DNA of 62,552 bases, counting the filler, from Atractiella rhizophila (taxonomy: Eukaryota): the NCBI GenBank assembly GCA_021432655.1. It is 19 parts of 19 records of this genome, joined end to end, with 100 filler letters (N's around TTAATTAATTAA, not from the genome) between each part and the next. Parts side by side here need not be neighbours in the genome. Positions count along the whole stretch, not along the records: positions 1 to 3,498 come from MU272531.1; positions 3,599 to 7,090 come from MU272532.1; positions 7,191 to 10,670 come from MU272533.1; positions 10,771 to 12,078 come from MU272534.1; 15 more parts are not named here. The stretch is one strand, 5' to 3'. The notes under the pieces are model-generated. The model was given only the letters and a program-made list of their open reading frames with translations. It was not told the origin of the DNA and made no database searches. This document shows positions 1 through 11,481 of this stretch, one piece after another. Every line of letters starts with the position of its first letter. Positions within the stretch are counted from its first letter, which is position 1. The position numbers and the translations under genes were made by a program.

Positions 1-2225
1 CTGTTCTTGATCCAACCACATCATTCTTCACTTCCTATCCCTCCTAATACGAACACCAAGTAGGAATTCCATTGGTCCAAGGTCTCTGAGCTTGAATCGC
101 TTCCCTAACTCCATCTTGAAGTTCTCTACAGCACCCTTGGATGTGCTAGCGATCGTAATGTCATCCACAAAAACCAGGACAAGTACTTTAATGTCCCCCT
201 TTGAGTAAATCCACAGACTAGATTCGCTCTTGATCTTCTTAAATCCCATATCAACGAGTTCCTTATCGAGTTTCTTCTTCCATTGACATCCTCCTTGCCT
301 TGTGCCATAGATAACCTTGATTAGCTTCAGAACATGCTCTGGAGGACCCTGTGGATGACCTTCTGGTTGTTGTGCATAGACTTCTGCATCCATATCACCA
401 TTAAGGAATGCTGTAGAGATGTCCACTGACTCCAACTCCATGTCCAAGACACAAGCGAGCGAAAGAATCATCCTAAGCGTCGCCCATTTGGCCGTAGTCG
501 AATCCATGGCGTTGAGAGAACCCCTTGATGACGAATCTGGCCGAGAGATGTCAACGAGTATGGTACTCGTGGGTACTTGTGCCACAGGTACCCATGCACA
601 ACAAGTTACAAATCAGCTGCAGAGGGTAAATTTTCATCAGGGGTACCCGTTCATGTTCCCTGCTACGTACCTAAGAGTACTCATGAGCATATGTCCTGAA
701 ATGGCAGGCACCCGTGGGGTACTCGTTTGAAAGAGTTAAAGAGAGTTTTATATCAATTTTTGATCTTTTTCATGTTCAAAATGGCTCTATCTGGCTCTGA
801 GATACAAGTAATAGTGGTGTTTAAGCCATAAGTAATGTATAACAAGTCATCTATGTAAACTAATGTGCCTAAACTGTAAAATTATGTTGACGAGTTGAGT
901 CTAAGTTAATACAAGGTTACCCATGAGTAGTACTCATGAGTATAAGGGTACCTGTGTCAAAGGTCACAACAAGTTACAAATCAGGCTTTAAGCTGATCGA
1001 TACTCGTGAGTAAGGTTACCCATACTCGTGAGTCCTACTCGTTGGCATCTCTAATCTGGCCTTGAAGCGCTTAATAGAACCATCCGACTTCTTCTTAACC
1101 GCAAACACCCATCGAGAACCAACGATTTTTGCTCCTTTAGGCGGTTTAATCAGAATCCAACTCTTGTTGTCCAAGTGAGATTGAATCTTCTTCACTGTCG
1201 CTTCATGCCATTCCTTTGCATTACAGCTTGCCATCGCTCTTGAATATGACTGAGGAACCTCGTTTCCTGTTGCTGCACTCATGGCATGCTCAGTGACAAG
1301 CATATAGCCATATTCCATCACCTCTAGCTCAGTGAGGATGTCACATTCCTTCACCAGCATCCCAAGCTCATCTGCTGACCCTTCATCGTTGTTTTGTGGC
1401 GCTTCTGGTCTTAAATCTGTCTACAGGTCGTCCTCTACTCGTAGAATAAATACTTGAAGGCCTGGTGACAGGGGGAGGTGTTGAAGCTACTGGAGGAGGT
1501 TGATCTTGTGTTGTTGGATGAATCTGGAGGGGCATCTGGAGACTCTGAGAATGTAGGCATGTGAACTCCTGTCCAAGGATCTCTCTGCATGGTGTACTGA
1601 CGAGGTGGGGGTGTCCTAGGGCGTTCAGGCATGAGCTGTAGGGGTCTGAAGACTGTTCTCTTTCTTCTTCTTCTTCTGCTTCTTCTTCAATCTGAAGGCG
1701 CTGAAATCGATTTAGAGACTGTATTGGGTTGTTCCTGAGGTGTAGGGTGTGCTCCTGACCGCTGAGTCCATCCATCTTCTTCTTCATCATCCTCTAGCAA
1801 AATTCTGGCTGGAGGAGCGGCTGGAGCATTATTCTGTCCATCTCCCACCTGATCCTGACGCTCCTTCCACTCATCAAGCGGTCCCTGTGGCTCTTCCAAT
1901 GTAATCTTCTCCTTCCTGACCTTACTGAGCATCTCTCTCTCATCAGATCTGGCAACACCTTGAATGTAGACCTTCTTTCCAACAGGATTGAGCTGATTCT
2001 ACCCAATATTTCCTTCTCCCTAGTCTCTGCTGACTTGTTGAAGACCCTGTGCTGCTTCCCAGCTAGACATGGCTCGCAAATAGGGTCTGGATCATCCTCC
2101 AAGTCCAAATCATCGCATTTACAAGCTCCTTCCTCTTCAGCCGCTTGATGTCCTCATAATTAAGATGTCCAAGTCTTCTGTGCCACAGAGAAGCATCCAT
2201 GGGCAGTGTAGAAGCATTTCCAGTG
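1..2225 (-). mobile_element. Decayed Ty1/copia LTR retrotransposon (pre-integrase, RT), integrase core deleted
   Basis: LWHRRLGHLN and CEPCLAGKQHR (GAG-pre-integrase/zinc finger, ~2050-2200). RT motifs GSRWVFAVKK, RFKAR, VDISTAFLNG and FVDD in ORFs 1016..1360 and 28..585. Frameshifts; no DDE core. Confidence 0.9.
543..1053. mobile_element. Non-autonomous hAT-type MITE (511 bp) inserted in the copia RT
   Basis: TIRs GAGAGATGTCAACGAGTA (543-560) and TACTCGTTGGCATCTCTA (1036-1053). 8-bp TSD ATCTGGCC at 535-542 and 1054-1061. Many TACTC(G/A)TGAG and GTACCC subterminal repeats. Excision restores KARFVIKGFSQRHGFDY. Confidence 0.88.
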
Positions 2226-2313
2226 TTTGGTCACTCTCAGTCACTCCTTAGTCGCTTTCTAGCTTTCCTCAAACGTACATTACTCAGCCAATATAAGTCA
2301 AAATTAGTTGCGA

Positions 2314-2828
2314 TTAGCCAAGTCTTGTATTTACATGATTAATCGAAATCAATGCATAGATTATAAAAAGAGAGATCCGTAAAGTGTAGGCACGAACATA
2401 TGTAGAAAGCGAGACCGTGAGTGGTGCTTGCTTTGGAATCTGTATCAGCGAGAGTGGAAGTACTGATAAGTCCTTACTTCTGTCAATTCTACGCAGGAGC
2501 TGGCAGGTAAGGGAAGACAATGTCCAGAGGTACTTGCTCCAGCCCTTTACCAACCTTGCGCCAGAACTGCAGTGCATGAATACGTATGATGGTCAGTGTC
2601 ATGTTCTGTTTCGAGCGCAGGCGAAAATCGACTTTCCTGCTGCCTCCAGTCTCCTAGCAAAGAGTACTCTGCTCTGATAGCTCTGCGGGCCTCTTTTGCT
2701 GACTTTCCAGGGTTCGTAGCTGCCCATGAAGCATAATGAGCATTCTCGTAAGCTAATCTAATGCTGCTATCAGGTAATGCACAGTAAAAGCCATACTGGA
2801 AAAGGCTTACTTTCACTAATCTCCTCAT
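2314..2828 (-). pseudogene. Remnant of a non-LTR retrotransposon C-terminal zinc-binding (zf-RVT-like) region
   Basis: VKVSLFQYGFYCALP resembles the zf-RVT K.KLF.W......LP motif, and ETEHDTDHHTYSCTAVLAQGW resembles ET..H....C.....W. Frameshifted. Confidence 0.4.
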
Positions 2829-3498
2829 GCTCCATCGAGACTATTCACTGCCATTAGATCCATTTGAGGATGAATATGAACACACACAGCTGCCTCCAGA
2901 AACATCTTCACTGCCATCCACTGCTCTCTTTCCTCTTTCACATTCCCCACGTCCTCCCGTTCCAAGTCCAGAACCTACACCATTCGTCATATCTAACCCT
3001 CCGCCACCACCTCCACTCACAATCGCACCCACACTCCACCACCACCTCCAATTTTGCTCACACCCACTCTTCCACCACACATCACGGTCGCACCGGTGGG
3101 TTTCTGAACTCTCGGAATCGCGACAGAAGGGAGCTTAGAGGTGGGATCGATCCGGGAGGTAGATTGAGCAATTGGGTTAGAGAGGTGAGGCTGGCAGGAG
3201 GTGGTTGCTCACTGGTTGGAATTTGAGTGGAATGTTCCATCTTACATGGAGAGCAGCTAATTTGACAAGATGACAGACAGACCTGCAGTTGCAATACATC
3301 CGACTTGTCTGCTCTGCAGAGCAGCACCAGACGTACTGAGTGGAGAACATGCAGAAATATCAGGTTGGAGATAAGAGCTGGGCCACACGGTTTTCTGAGA
3401 AGCGTGAATGTGTGACGCTATAAGCAAATATCAGTCAAGGCAAAAGAAGTGCGAAAAGACAACCTTCTGTTTCAAAAGCTGGATGTCCTATGATTGGC

Positions 3499-3598
3499 NN
3501 NNNNNNNNNNNNNNNNNNNNNNNNNNNNNNNNNNNNNNNNNNTTAATTAATTAANNNNNNNNNNNNNNNNNNNNNNNNNNNNNNNNNNNNNNNNNNNN
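3499..3598. other. Artificial contig-joining spacer (N44-TTAATTAATTAA-N44), first of 18
   Basis: Identical 100-bp spacers with stops in all six frames start at 3499, 7091, 10671, 12079, 15646, 19213, 22778, 26335, 29875, 33393, 36908, 40400, 43889, 47366, 50819, 54266, 57703 and 61136. Confidence 0.98.
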
Positions 3599-4592
3599 TT
3601 CAACTGATCCGCTACCTGGGAACAATCTTCGATGATTGCCTTCACAGCGACTTCAATCTCGCGTTTGGTAGGACCCCAATTAACAGCCGGAGCAATCCCG
3701 ACCCCAGAGACGAGACAGACGACCTGGCTCCCTTGTCCCCATATGCGATTTGCCTCGTCAACCGCTATTGCCGCTGGGTTATTGTTCCCGGTGGCGACAT
3801 ATTCCGTATTGTCGATGACGATAGGACAAAAGAATTGACGTGCAGAGGAAGTCACTCTTGCTGCTTCCAACACCGTACATCGTGCAGCAGAATGAACTGC
3901 ATTCTTCCCTCGTACGTGCGCATCTCTGTTGAAACAACTGTGCTTGATTCGTACCTGGACAGAACAAAGGTTCTACATCTATCCCCAATTGCCGCATCCT
4001 TCATAGGGAGTTGAGAGGACGATATCAACCATGGAGTGTGCCAGGTAATGACTCCTGGCGGACGGCTTCAAGCGTCTTTTTAGAGTATGCGTCGCCTTCA
4101 TTCGAAAGTGGTGCTCCCTCGGAAAATATGTCCTGCACAATCTCTTCGTACTCGCTGATGGATTGTCGAACAGTGATACCCAACTTTCTGAGCATGAGGC
4201 CAATCCACCATACCGTGGAAGTGCCGCAGATGAGATCGAAAACATCGCACGGCCGGACTTCTTCTCCTTCCGGAACGTTGAGAATATTTCCAACTCTCCT
4301 TCGGGAACGTTGAGGATATTTCCAACCTCGAGCATGTAAAGCGTGGAGAAGGCACAGATGCCGCCGTTGTCGATAGCGAGGATTCGGAGTCCTTGTTCGT
4401 TCGTCTTCTTGACATTGTCAGGGAATTTGAAAACTTGACGGTTTGAACTTGGAATGGGCTGGAGGACGAGAAAGGTGTTGGGGTAGCAGATCTAGAGGCA
4501 ACGGGCGATGCAGTACGTGATGAAGAGTGAAATTTTTGAGCCAGAACTGCCGCTTTGACATGGAATGGGTTGAGTTGAGAGTACAGCTGCAA
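3599..4592 (-). pseudogene. Patatin-like domain pseudogene, paralog of the NLR at 29975-31796
   Basis: Across frames it reads KKTNEQGLRILAIDNGG, VRPCDVFDLICGTSTV, EAARVTSSA and NNPAAIAVDEANRIWG, collinear with ORF 30744..31904. Frameshifts include a 32-bp duplication. Runs off the contig end. Confidence 0.85.
4264..4327. repeat. 32-bp tandem duplication causing a frameshift
   Basis: CTCCTTCCGGAACGTTGAGAATATTTCCAACT followed by CTCCTTCGGGAACGTTGAGGATATTTCCAACC. Confidence 0.9.
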
Positions 4593-5166
4593 TACTGAAA
4601 GATTTTGAGCTCCGATGCCTTCATTAGGGCGAGGATCTTCTCACGAATCGGCGCTGAATGTGTGGTCGTCGTCATACAAATTTCAAGGGTCTTCATGGTT
4701 GCCGGGATTTGACGAAGAAGGCTGAGGCGTCCATCTTAGAGCACGAGATGAAATCGATGAGATTGACCCAGAACCCCTTGTTGAACATGACATGCAACTG
4801 AGGAAATGCATCTCAGATCTGGACTAGAGCTACCAGAAGGGAGAGCGGCCAAAGAATACTTGAAACTGCCTGTGAAGAAGAGAAGAAGAAACAAGGAATA
4901 CGGAATACAGTACAGCTACATTTCAATACAAAGATCTGTATGTACGAATGCATGAAAGAAATCTAGACGAACTTGAATGTGAGGATGTGAGGATAATAAA
5001 AGGGAAGGAAGCTTGGGGCGACTTGATCGATTTGTCCACTCGCAAGATGGAGGAACAAATGTTAGGAAAATGAAGGATGGCACTATGAGCCATTCAGCAC
5101 TGAACTCTTGTCTAACGGGTTGAAGAGGGTCCTAAGAAGAAGTAGGGTTGTGGATAGGTTGAAGTT

Positions 5167-5400
5167 ATGCTTCCGCTTGAGCCAATGGCGATATGTAGGC
5201 TGCACATTATGGAATTGACGAGGGAGAACATAAAATTTATCCAACCAACTTATCCCTCATCTCAAGGTCGACATGCCAAGGGTTACACAGGACTGGAGAC
5301 TCTTCTCCGATCGTGCAGGACACTTCAAGTCGACACAAAACACAAAAAACTTAGGGACAGTCCGATATCTTGCTCTCTTTGACAGTGTGAGAAAGATGCA
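5167..5400 (+). pseudogene. Degenerate MULE-like transposase fragment
   Basis: IKFIQ...LETLLRSCRTLQVDTKHKKL aligns by eye with ISYIQ...LVKLLDKAKKFQVDATFKRI in ORF 52928..53206. Confidence 0.3.
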
Positions 5401-7190
5401 GTCAGTGTTCGCCGATGCAGACAACGCTGGGTTCCCAGAAAGTTCTCAAGACTCTATCTACCCCACATCCCAAAGATGCATCGACTTGAGCAGGCTGTGG
5501 GAGAAGAAGTTCTGGGCATGATAAATCTTGTCCCAGGGGTAGTTGAGAGGGATTGGATCCTTGATAAGGTATGTCTATGTCTTGTCTCAAGATCTACACC
5601 GGTTTATGTTGATGACCTATGAAGTTTTACAACCACGTAAAGTTCTGTTGCGCTCCTCAAATGAAGTGTATTTGTGACCAAAAGCGGCCCACATAGCCGG
5701 ATTGGATGCAGTGTTTCATCCATTTCCCAACTTTCATTTCCGAAGTCAACTGTTTTGATTCTCGGCACTGTCTCCTCCTTTCACCACCTGGCCAAGCTTT
5801 TCCTCAGACCAGTATCGATCTGCTATGGCTAGCCCTTTTTTCCAGATCTTATCAAGCGGAATGGAAGCAGGACTGGTGAAATCAGGTGGTCTGGAGGGGT
5901 TCTCTGAGCTTTCACGCGAAGAGGTTCAACAGAAGGCCAAGGGACGGCTTGCTGCTAGTCAGCGCTGTCTGGTGCTTGGAAAGTACCTTGAACAGTCACG
6001 AATACGAACTATCCAGTGAGTGTCCATATGGGGTTTACTGAGACTGCTAGACACTTCTGCAGAACCATTATTCTCTTTTGCCGGAATTTGAAAACTACCA
6101 GCATACCCACTTATACGGCTACGTTTGCTCTATCCCTCTTGGGAACTGCCATCCGTATTTCTCAGCTGTTAACACTACACAGGTTAGGCGAGGACGAGAA
6201 TTTACGTTCGTTCTCTCACTGTTCCTCCATCAAGCTTGATGTGACGAGCAGAAAATGCCACCTGACGATCCTGCTCTTCCAAGGGGAAGGAACTCGCTGA
6301 AGCGGCAATGGCGCTTCGAATCTTCGGGATTGTGTGCTTCGTCAGTGGTTATTTTGCTTCACCTTTGCCCTTTGTGCTGAGAGATAAAAAGCTGGACTGG
6401 ATGTCAGCGACGACGGCAGATCGAGCTTACCTCATACACCCGTGCCTAGTCGACTCTGAGCCTCCAATGAATGTGAATGACAACTCTCTCCCCCTCATGT
6501 CTTCGTCAGTTACTCGACAACCCCCTGAAGTCCTAACCGATGTGAGTTACGAGCGCCTGATGCTGGTGGCGGCGAGAATGATGCAAAGGACGCATGAAAA
6601 TGTCCTTTGTGCATCAAGCAAGGGACCAGGATATCATGTCATTCTTTTGCTCGATGATGTATGGCACACCCACTTCCTTCCTTATCTTGCTGATTGGTGT
6701 TGCTGTGGTCACACAGCAATATCAGGACATATTAAGCCATCTCCCGTCGGAGCTCACAAATTTACAAACATCAAATCAGTCTCCTCTTCTTCATTGGTAG
6801 AAACGTACATTCTTCATTACCTGTTATGGAATGCAACCCAATCCTGACCGCTATTACAGACGGGTCTCAATATATGGTTCTTGCTTTACTTTTGGTGTCT
6901 AACTGTGGATACAGACTGACAGGAATGCGTAAATAGATCACTACCTAGTGATGAAGCTCCATCGACCTTTTGTTCCTTTCTTCAAGAGTACACGGCCGCA
7001 ACATGGATACTCCAAGGATCAGTGCATCAGGTCGGCAAGCGTTGTAGTCTGTTCAGTTTTTGAGCTGCGAGGTGGGCGTTCACTTCTGTCNNNNNNNNNN
7101 NNNNNNNNNNNNNNNNNNNNNNNNNNNNNNNNNNTTAATTAATTAANNNNNNNNNNNNNNNNNNNNNNNNNNNNNNNNNNNNNNNNNNNN

Positions 7191-7390
7191 TTTCAAGGCT
7201 ACATGTATGGCTCTTAGGCTATTAGAAAGTGACGAAGAAGGGGATTATTGCCTCAATGAAGCCAGCACAGTCAAGAATGGCTTTGGGATGCGATCTCTGT
7301 TTGTCTACATCCTGCTATTTGGAGTCACCAGCGAACCTAGAATATTATGGGACAGCCATCATGAGCAACTCAGTGATGATTGTAAACACT
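7191..7390 (+). pseudogene. Helitron Rep-helicase fragment (region upstream of the PIF1 helicase)
   Basis: CLNEAS...MRSLFVYILLFG..SEPRILWDSHHEQLSDDC matches the Helitron EA...LR.LF..IL...P..LW......SDD motif. Truncated on both sides. Confidence 0.7.
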
Positions 7391-10300
7391 GGGGGTTCAG
7401 TGATGATAAGGCCAGGTGTCCTGGTCAGAAGACACAAAAGAGCAAGGGAAAGGAGTGGCCATCCAATCAAGCTTCCAAAAAATAAAGAGGACCTAAAAGT
7501 AGGAGCATTTTATAAGAAGCCAAGGGCATATGATAGTTTCAGAGTAATTTACGGTCGAAAAACATGATCCTCCAATTTGACACAATTGTAATGCCGCTCC
7601 AGAGGATGAAAGTTGCCAGGTTCCACACTTGATAATATACATCAGTGCCAGTCCTTTCCAAATGAGGCCATTCCAGCTATTTCTTAGCAACTCTCTCAAA
7701 CGAGTTTTTGTTCAAGATTTACAATCACCTAAAACTTACTGGAACAATACTGGGTAGAGACACGACCAGGGTTCCGATCATCTTCAGTCCAGGAGGTTCA
7801 ATAAGAATTCACTCATTCTTCTGGAAAACCAGGAACCTAGGCACAGGTTACTTGGAACAATTGAACTGAGACGATTCTGGTATATACCTCTTTGGTGCTT
7901 TATTATGTGTGGACTGCTTCAGATGGTCTGGAGAGCAAAAATATAGTGAGGCTGTCATCGGAGCTACTATCAAGAGCTCCAATAATGGATTAGCTGTTAT
8001 AAGTCCCAAAATTCCTATTGTGAAGCATGAACAGTGCTGAAGGGAAATATGTCTCTCCTACCAAAGTCGAAAGTGTCAAGGAGCGGTCAGGATAATACCA
8101 GGAGCAACAACAGCTGTCATTAGAGATGGAAGGATTTATTCTAGACAAAGTGAAGCGTGTGTGGAGCCTTTAGCAGAGTCTGGAAGGAGACTTAGAGGAA
8201 TTGCACCCATAGATTGTGGCTGGCAGGATTTGCAGAGTCGATGTGGCCCACATCCAACCATTTCAAGGGGATGTGTCCTAATTCTTAGATGGCTCAGTGG
8301 ATATTTGATGAAAGATCAACCAGGGCCAAGGTTAATTCTGCTCCACATACTGGCAAGTTGACCTGTCATTACACAGCTTCACGTGGCCAGAGCAGAATAT
8401 GCTAACCACAGAAGAAACATATCAGTAGCAGAAAAGTTTAAGAGCTTAATAGGCAAGAAAAGTGTCAGGAGTGACATAGTAAGATGTGGAAGAAAACTGA
8501 AGATAAGAACCATCAATCATATACCACCTTTAGGAGTGATCTGAGACCAAAATAATGACTTGCTCTACAAACCTGATACAGTCTTGACATGGCAACGTGC
8601 TTGCATAAATTTTGCCTTTTTCAAAGCAACTGAAGGCAGGCCAATATCTTCTAATTCGGGAGGAAGCCACACATGCTTATGCGAAGCTACCATTTGTTTT
8701 TCACATCTAGAAACAGGTGTTGTTAAATATGGCAAAAGTTCGTTCGGAAAGAAAGGGTTACCTTTCGAGCCTCATATGCTGTAGAACTCAAGCGCCTGCG
8801 AGCTCGTATACACAGAGGAGTGGTCTAATCGATGTCAACAGCTTGATTAATACCTCTGGGTACAGCTAACTCAAAAGACTTACTGAATGCTCCTCATCGG
8901 TGGGGGGCCCAGAGTCCATATCCATCTCCTAAGCACTTTAGTTAAGATCTAATCAATCAGTATGCATCAGGGACACACAGATTTGGAAGGAATCCAGCTG
9001 TCTTGATCTGGTTTCTTCTTCCATGCCTGATTCACAATAGCCACAAGAGGTTAGGAGATTCAGGGACATAGACTCCTCTGCTCCCTATCAAGCCATCAGT
9101 AATGGCATTCCCACTGAACCACAACACTCATATTTCGCTCACTCAGTATCCTCTACCACTTAGCTAACTACCACTCACCAAGGAAACTGTGCCCTTTGTC
9201 GTCAAAGGTTATTTGTGATTCAATGCACATATAAACATTGTTGTTAAAATCCATGGATGCAAAAAATTTAAGTTCCCAGAGAGGATAGATTTGGAATCTG
9301 TTGTTGATAAAGTCAGTATGGTTAACTGAGATGAAACACAGAGTAGCAACTTGGAATGATGAATGGTCGAGATTTGCTGAAGAATGTGGTTCTCAAGCTG
9401 GAATGGCCATTAGAACCAAAAGGTTTGTGAAAGCTGAGAGCACGCACATTCAACAGTTTTTCTGGCTTCAGGCCGCTCATCAACTGACTTAGTTCCTTTC
9501 CCTTCTTTTTTTCCAAAATAGTCAGCACCGAAGACATATTTAAGAACTTTTCTTCGTTGGTTTCTTCACATGAGTCTGGTTGAGTCGAGAAGTGAGCTCG
9601 GCAGTGAGCAGAGTGGTGTGACAATCTACCAAAATGGTTGGCAGACGATATTTTTGCTGAAGCAGATACACCTTGTGTATACATAATAAACACCCCCCAG
9701 CCTCCCTGTTGCTGGGCAAAATTAGTCTGACTTGTGAAACCTCATAAAGAGAAGACTGACGCTCCCAAGACTGTCTCTTGAAGAAGCTTGATTTGTTTGC
9801 CTTAGGCTTGGAGATTGACAGATTCAAAATTGCCGTCATCTTTAGCTATCCTCAGCAGCACTGAGCATATTTCCATTCAGGTAGCAGTAATGTAATGTAA
9901 TGTGGTGCTTTTTTAATGTAATTTAGTGTACTTTCTTCTCCCATACTTTCCAATACAAAGTAATGGCATTAACATTTCCAGAATCCTGGACTAATGCCTC
10001 CTAATACATAATAATCATTTCTTGCATATCACATGACAGGGCATGGCACTGAGCTACCCGGCTTTTGCTCCGATCTGTTCTTATTTCTGGTTGAATAGTC
10101 TTGACAACGGAGCCTCCAAGTTAATTCATACTCCTTCACTCCAAGAATCATGTTCTGCTGGGATCTGATGCAGCCCCTACACTTCCAGCTTCCCCTCTTA
10201 TTGCCGGCTGCAGACTAATCAAAGCTCAATTCAACTGGAAGTACATGCTGTTTCCAAAGATTTCGGACTGAACTTGGTGACAGGACACAATAAGAGCCGT

Positions 10301-10770
10301 CGTCAACGTTCAACATGCCTGCCAGATTGCAGGGTGCACAGACGATGGATTTGATACGGTCCGTCAGGAACGGAAGACGACAGAGCAAACGAGGTGGACA
10401 ATTCGACATGGAACCGAACCAACAAACAAACACCTTTTCCTACTGAATACCCATGTCATTCGGAACAGTGCTCTCCTCCAAAAGTTTCTCCCATCTATTC
10501 CCAAACTCGACCGGAAAGCTATTGTCCTTGAGGGTATCAGAAAGCATCAAGAGTCGAAAACCAGTCCAAAAGAATGTGAGGGAAAGTCTTGCTCGTCCAT
10601 CGACTGCTCTGCTGAGGTTACCTTGTTTCCAACCTGGATTTGAAGCAGACAGCTTGCCAGATGAAAGCCTNNNNNNNNNNNNNNNNNNNNNNNNNNNNNN
10701 NNNNNNNNNNNNNNTTAATTAATTAANNNNNNNNNNNNNNNNNNNNNNNNNNNNNNNNNNNNNNNNNNNN

Positions 10771-11481
10771 AACCTCTCCGACTCGGATGGGGTTTTTAAG
10801 CCCAGCTGGTTCGAGAAGCGGCTGATTCTGCGGAACAACGCTGTGTCCCACATCTCCCAACTCATCGCTTCAGCCTTAGAGGAGGTATCTCGCCAACAAG
10901 GATACTATGCTGTTCTGGCGAGAGTGGGAGATGGAATATTTGCGAAGAAGACGGAAGAATACATGGATAACCTTTTCACTCGAATCGTGACCTTAATCTT
11001 GGTGGAGGAAGGAAGGGAAAGCGCGGCAGAAGAAGTGCTCCTTCGTTTGCGGAAGCTGACAGAGGAACCGAAGCGACTGTCTAAGCAGCTTCAAGTAGTC
11101 AACAGAGACGAAAGTGGTGGAATTCGTCACTGTAACTACCCTCTCCATACAGATCCAGCGCTTCATGTCTTCAACACACCCCTCTACATGGCAACAGATT
11201 CCCGATCGCCAAAAACCGATCCAAACCTCTTCAAATTCTTTCGAGCTTTCCCATGCACGTTTACATTGGGAGATTGGGATGGAATGAATGTTGGGATAGC
11301 TGAATTGGCTGCTTGGAAAAACGTTGATGGAGAAAAATTGGGTGGTTTCTTCATCCCCATGTTAGATTCGATGGTAGCTGCGAGGGGGAAAATTGCAATT
11401 GGAACGCAGGGAAGCAGCTATGGTGATTATGTCGAAAAAGTATTACATCCTGCTGTTGGTGCAAAGCATCCTCTAACTTGA
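10771..11481 (+). CDS. O-fucosyltransferase-like (GT-B) glycosyltransferase, C-terminal part
   Basis: Frame open from the contig start. Motifs YYAVLARVGDG, LYMATD and LDSMVAARGKIAIGTQGSSY resemble the POFUT/O-FucT GDP-fucose-binding motifs. Confidence 0.65.
   Translation, partial: NLSDSDGVFKPSWFEKRLILRNNAVSHISQLIASALEEVSRQQGYYAVLARVGDGIFAKKTEEYMDNLFTRIVTLILVEEGRESAAEEVLLRLRKLTEEPKRLSKQLQVVNRDESGGIRHCNYPLHTDPALHVFNTPLYMATDSRSPKTDPNLFKFFRAFPCTFTLGDWDGMNVGIAELAAWKNVDGEKLGGFFIPMLDSMVAARGKIAIGTQGSSYGDYVEKVLHPAVGAKHPLT

Noticed and set aside
2827..3226. Pro/His-rich ORFs
   Set aside because: Low-complexity sequence in a decayed repeat contig with no assignable domain.
6308..6847. 179-aa ORF with a hydrophobic N-terminus
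   Set aside because: No family motifs and composition unlike the real genes; likely a chance ORF.
7490..9840. Possible highly degenerate LINE on the minus strand
   Set aside because: Only faint motif hints (a C..C zinc-like pattern, SDD, LCLG); too decayed to call.
9855..10060. GTAAT-rich segment flanked by GCACTGAGC direct repeats as a MITE
   Set aside because: No terminal inverted repeats could be identified.
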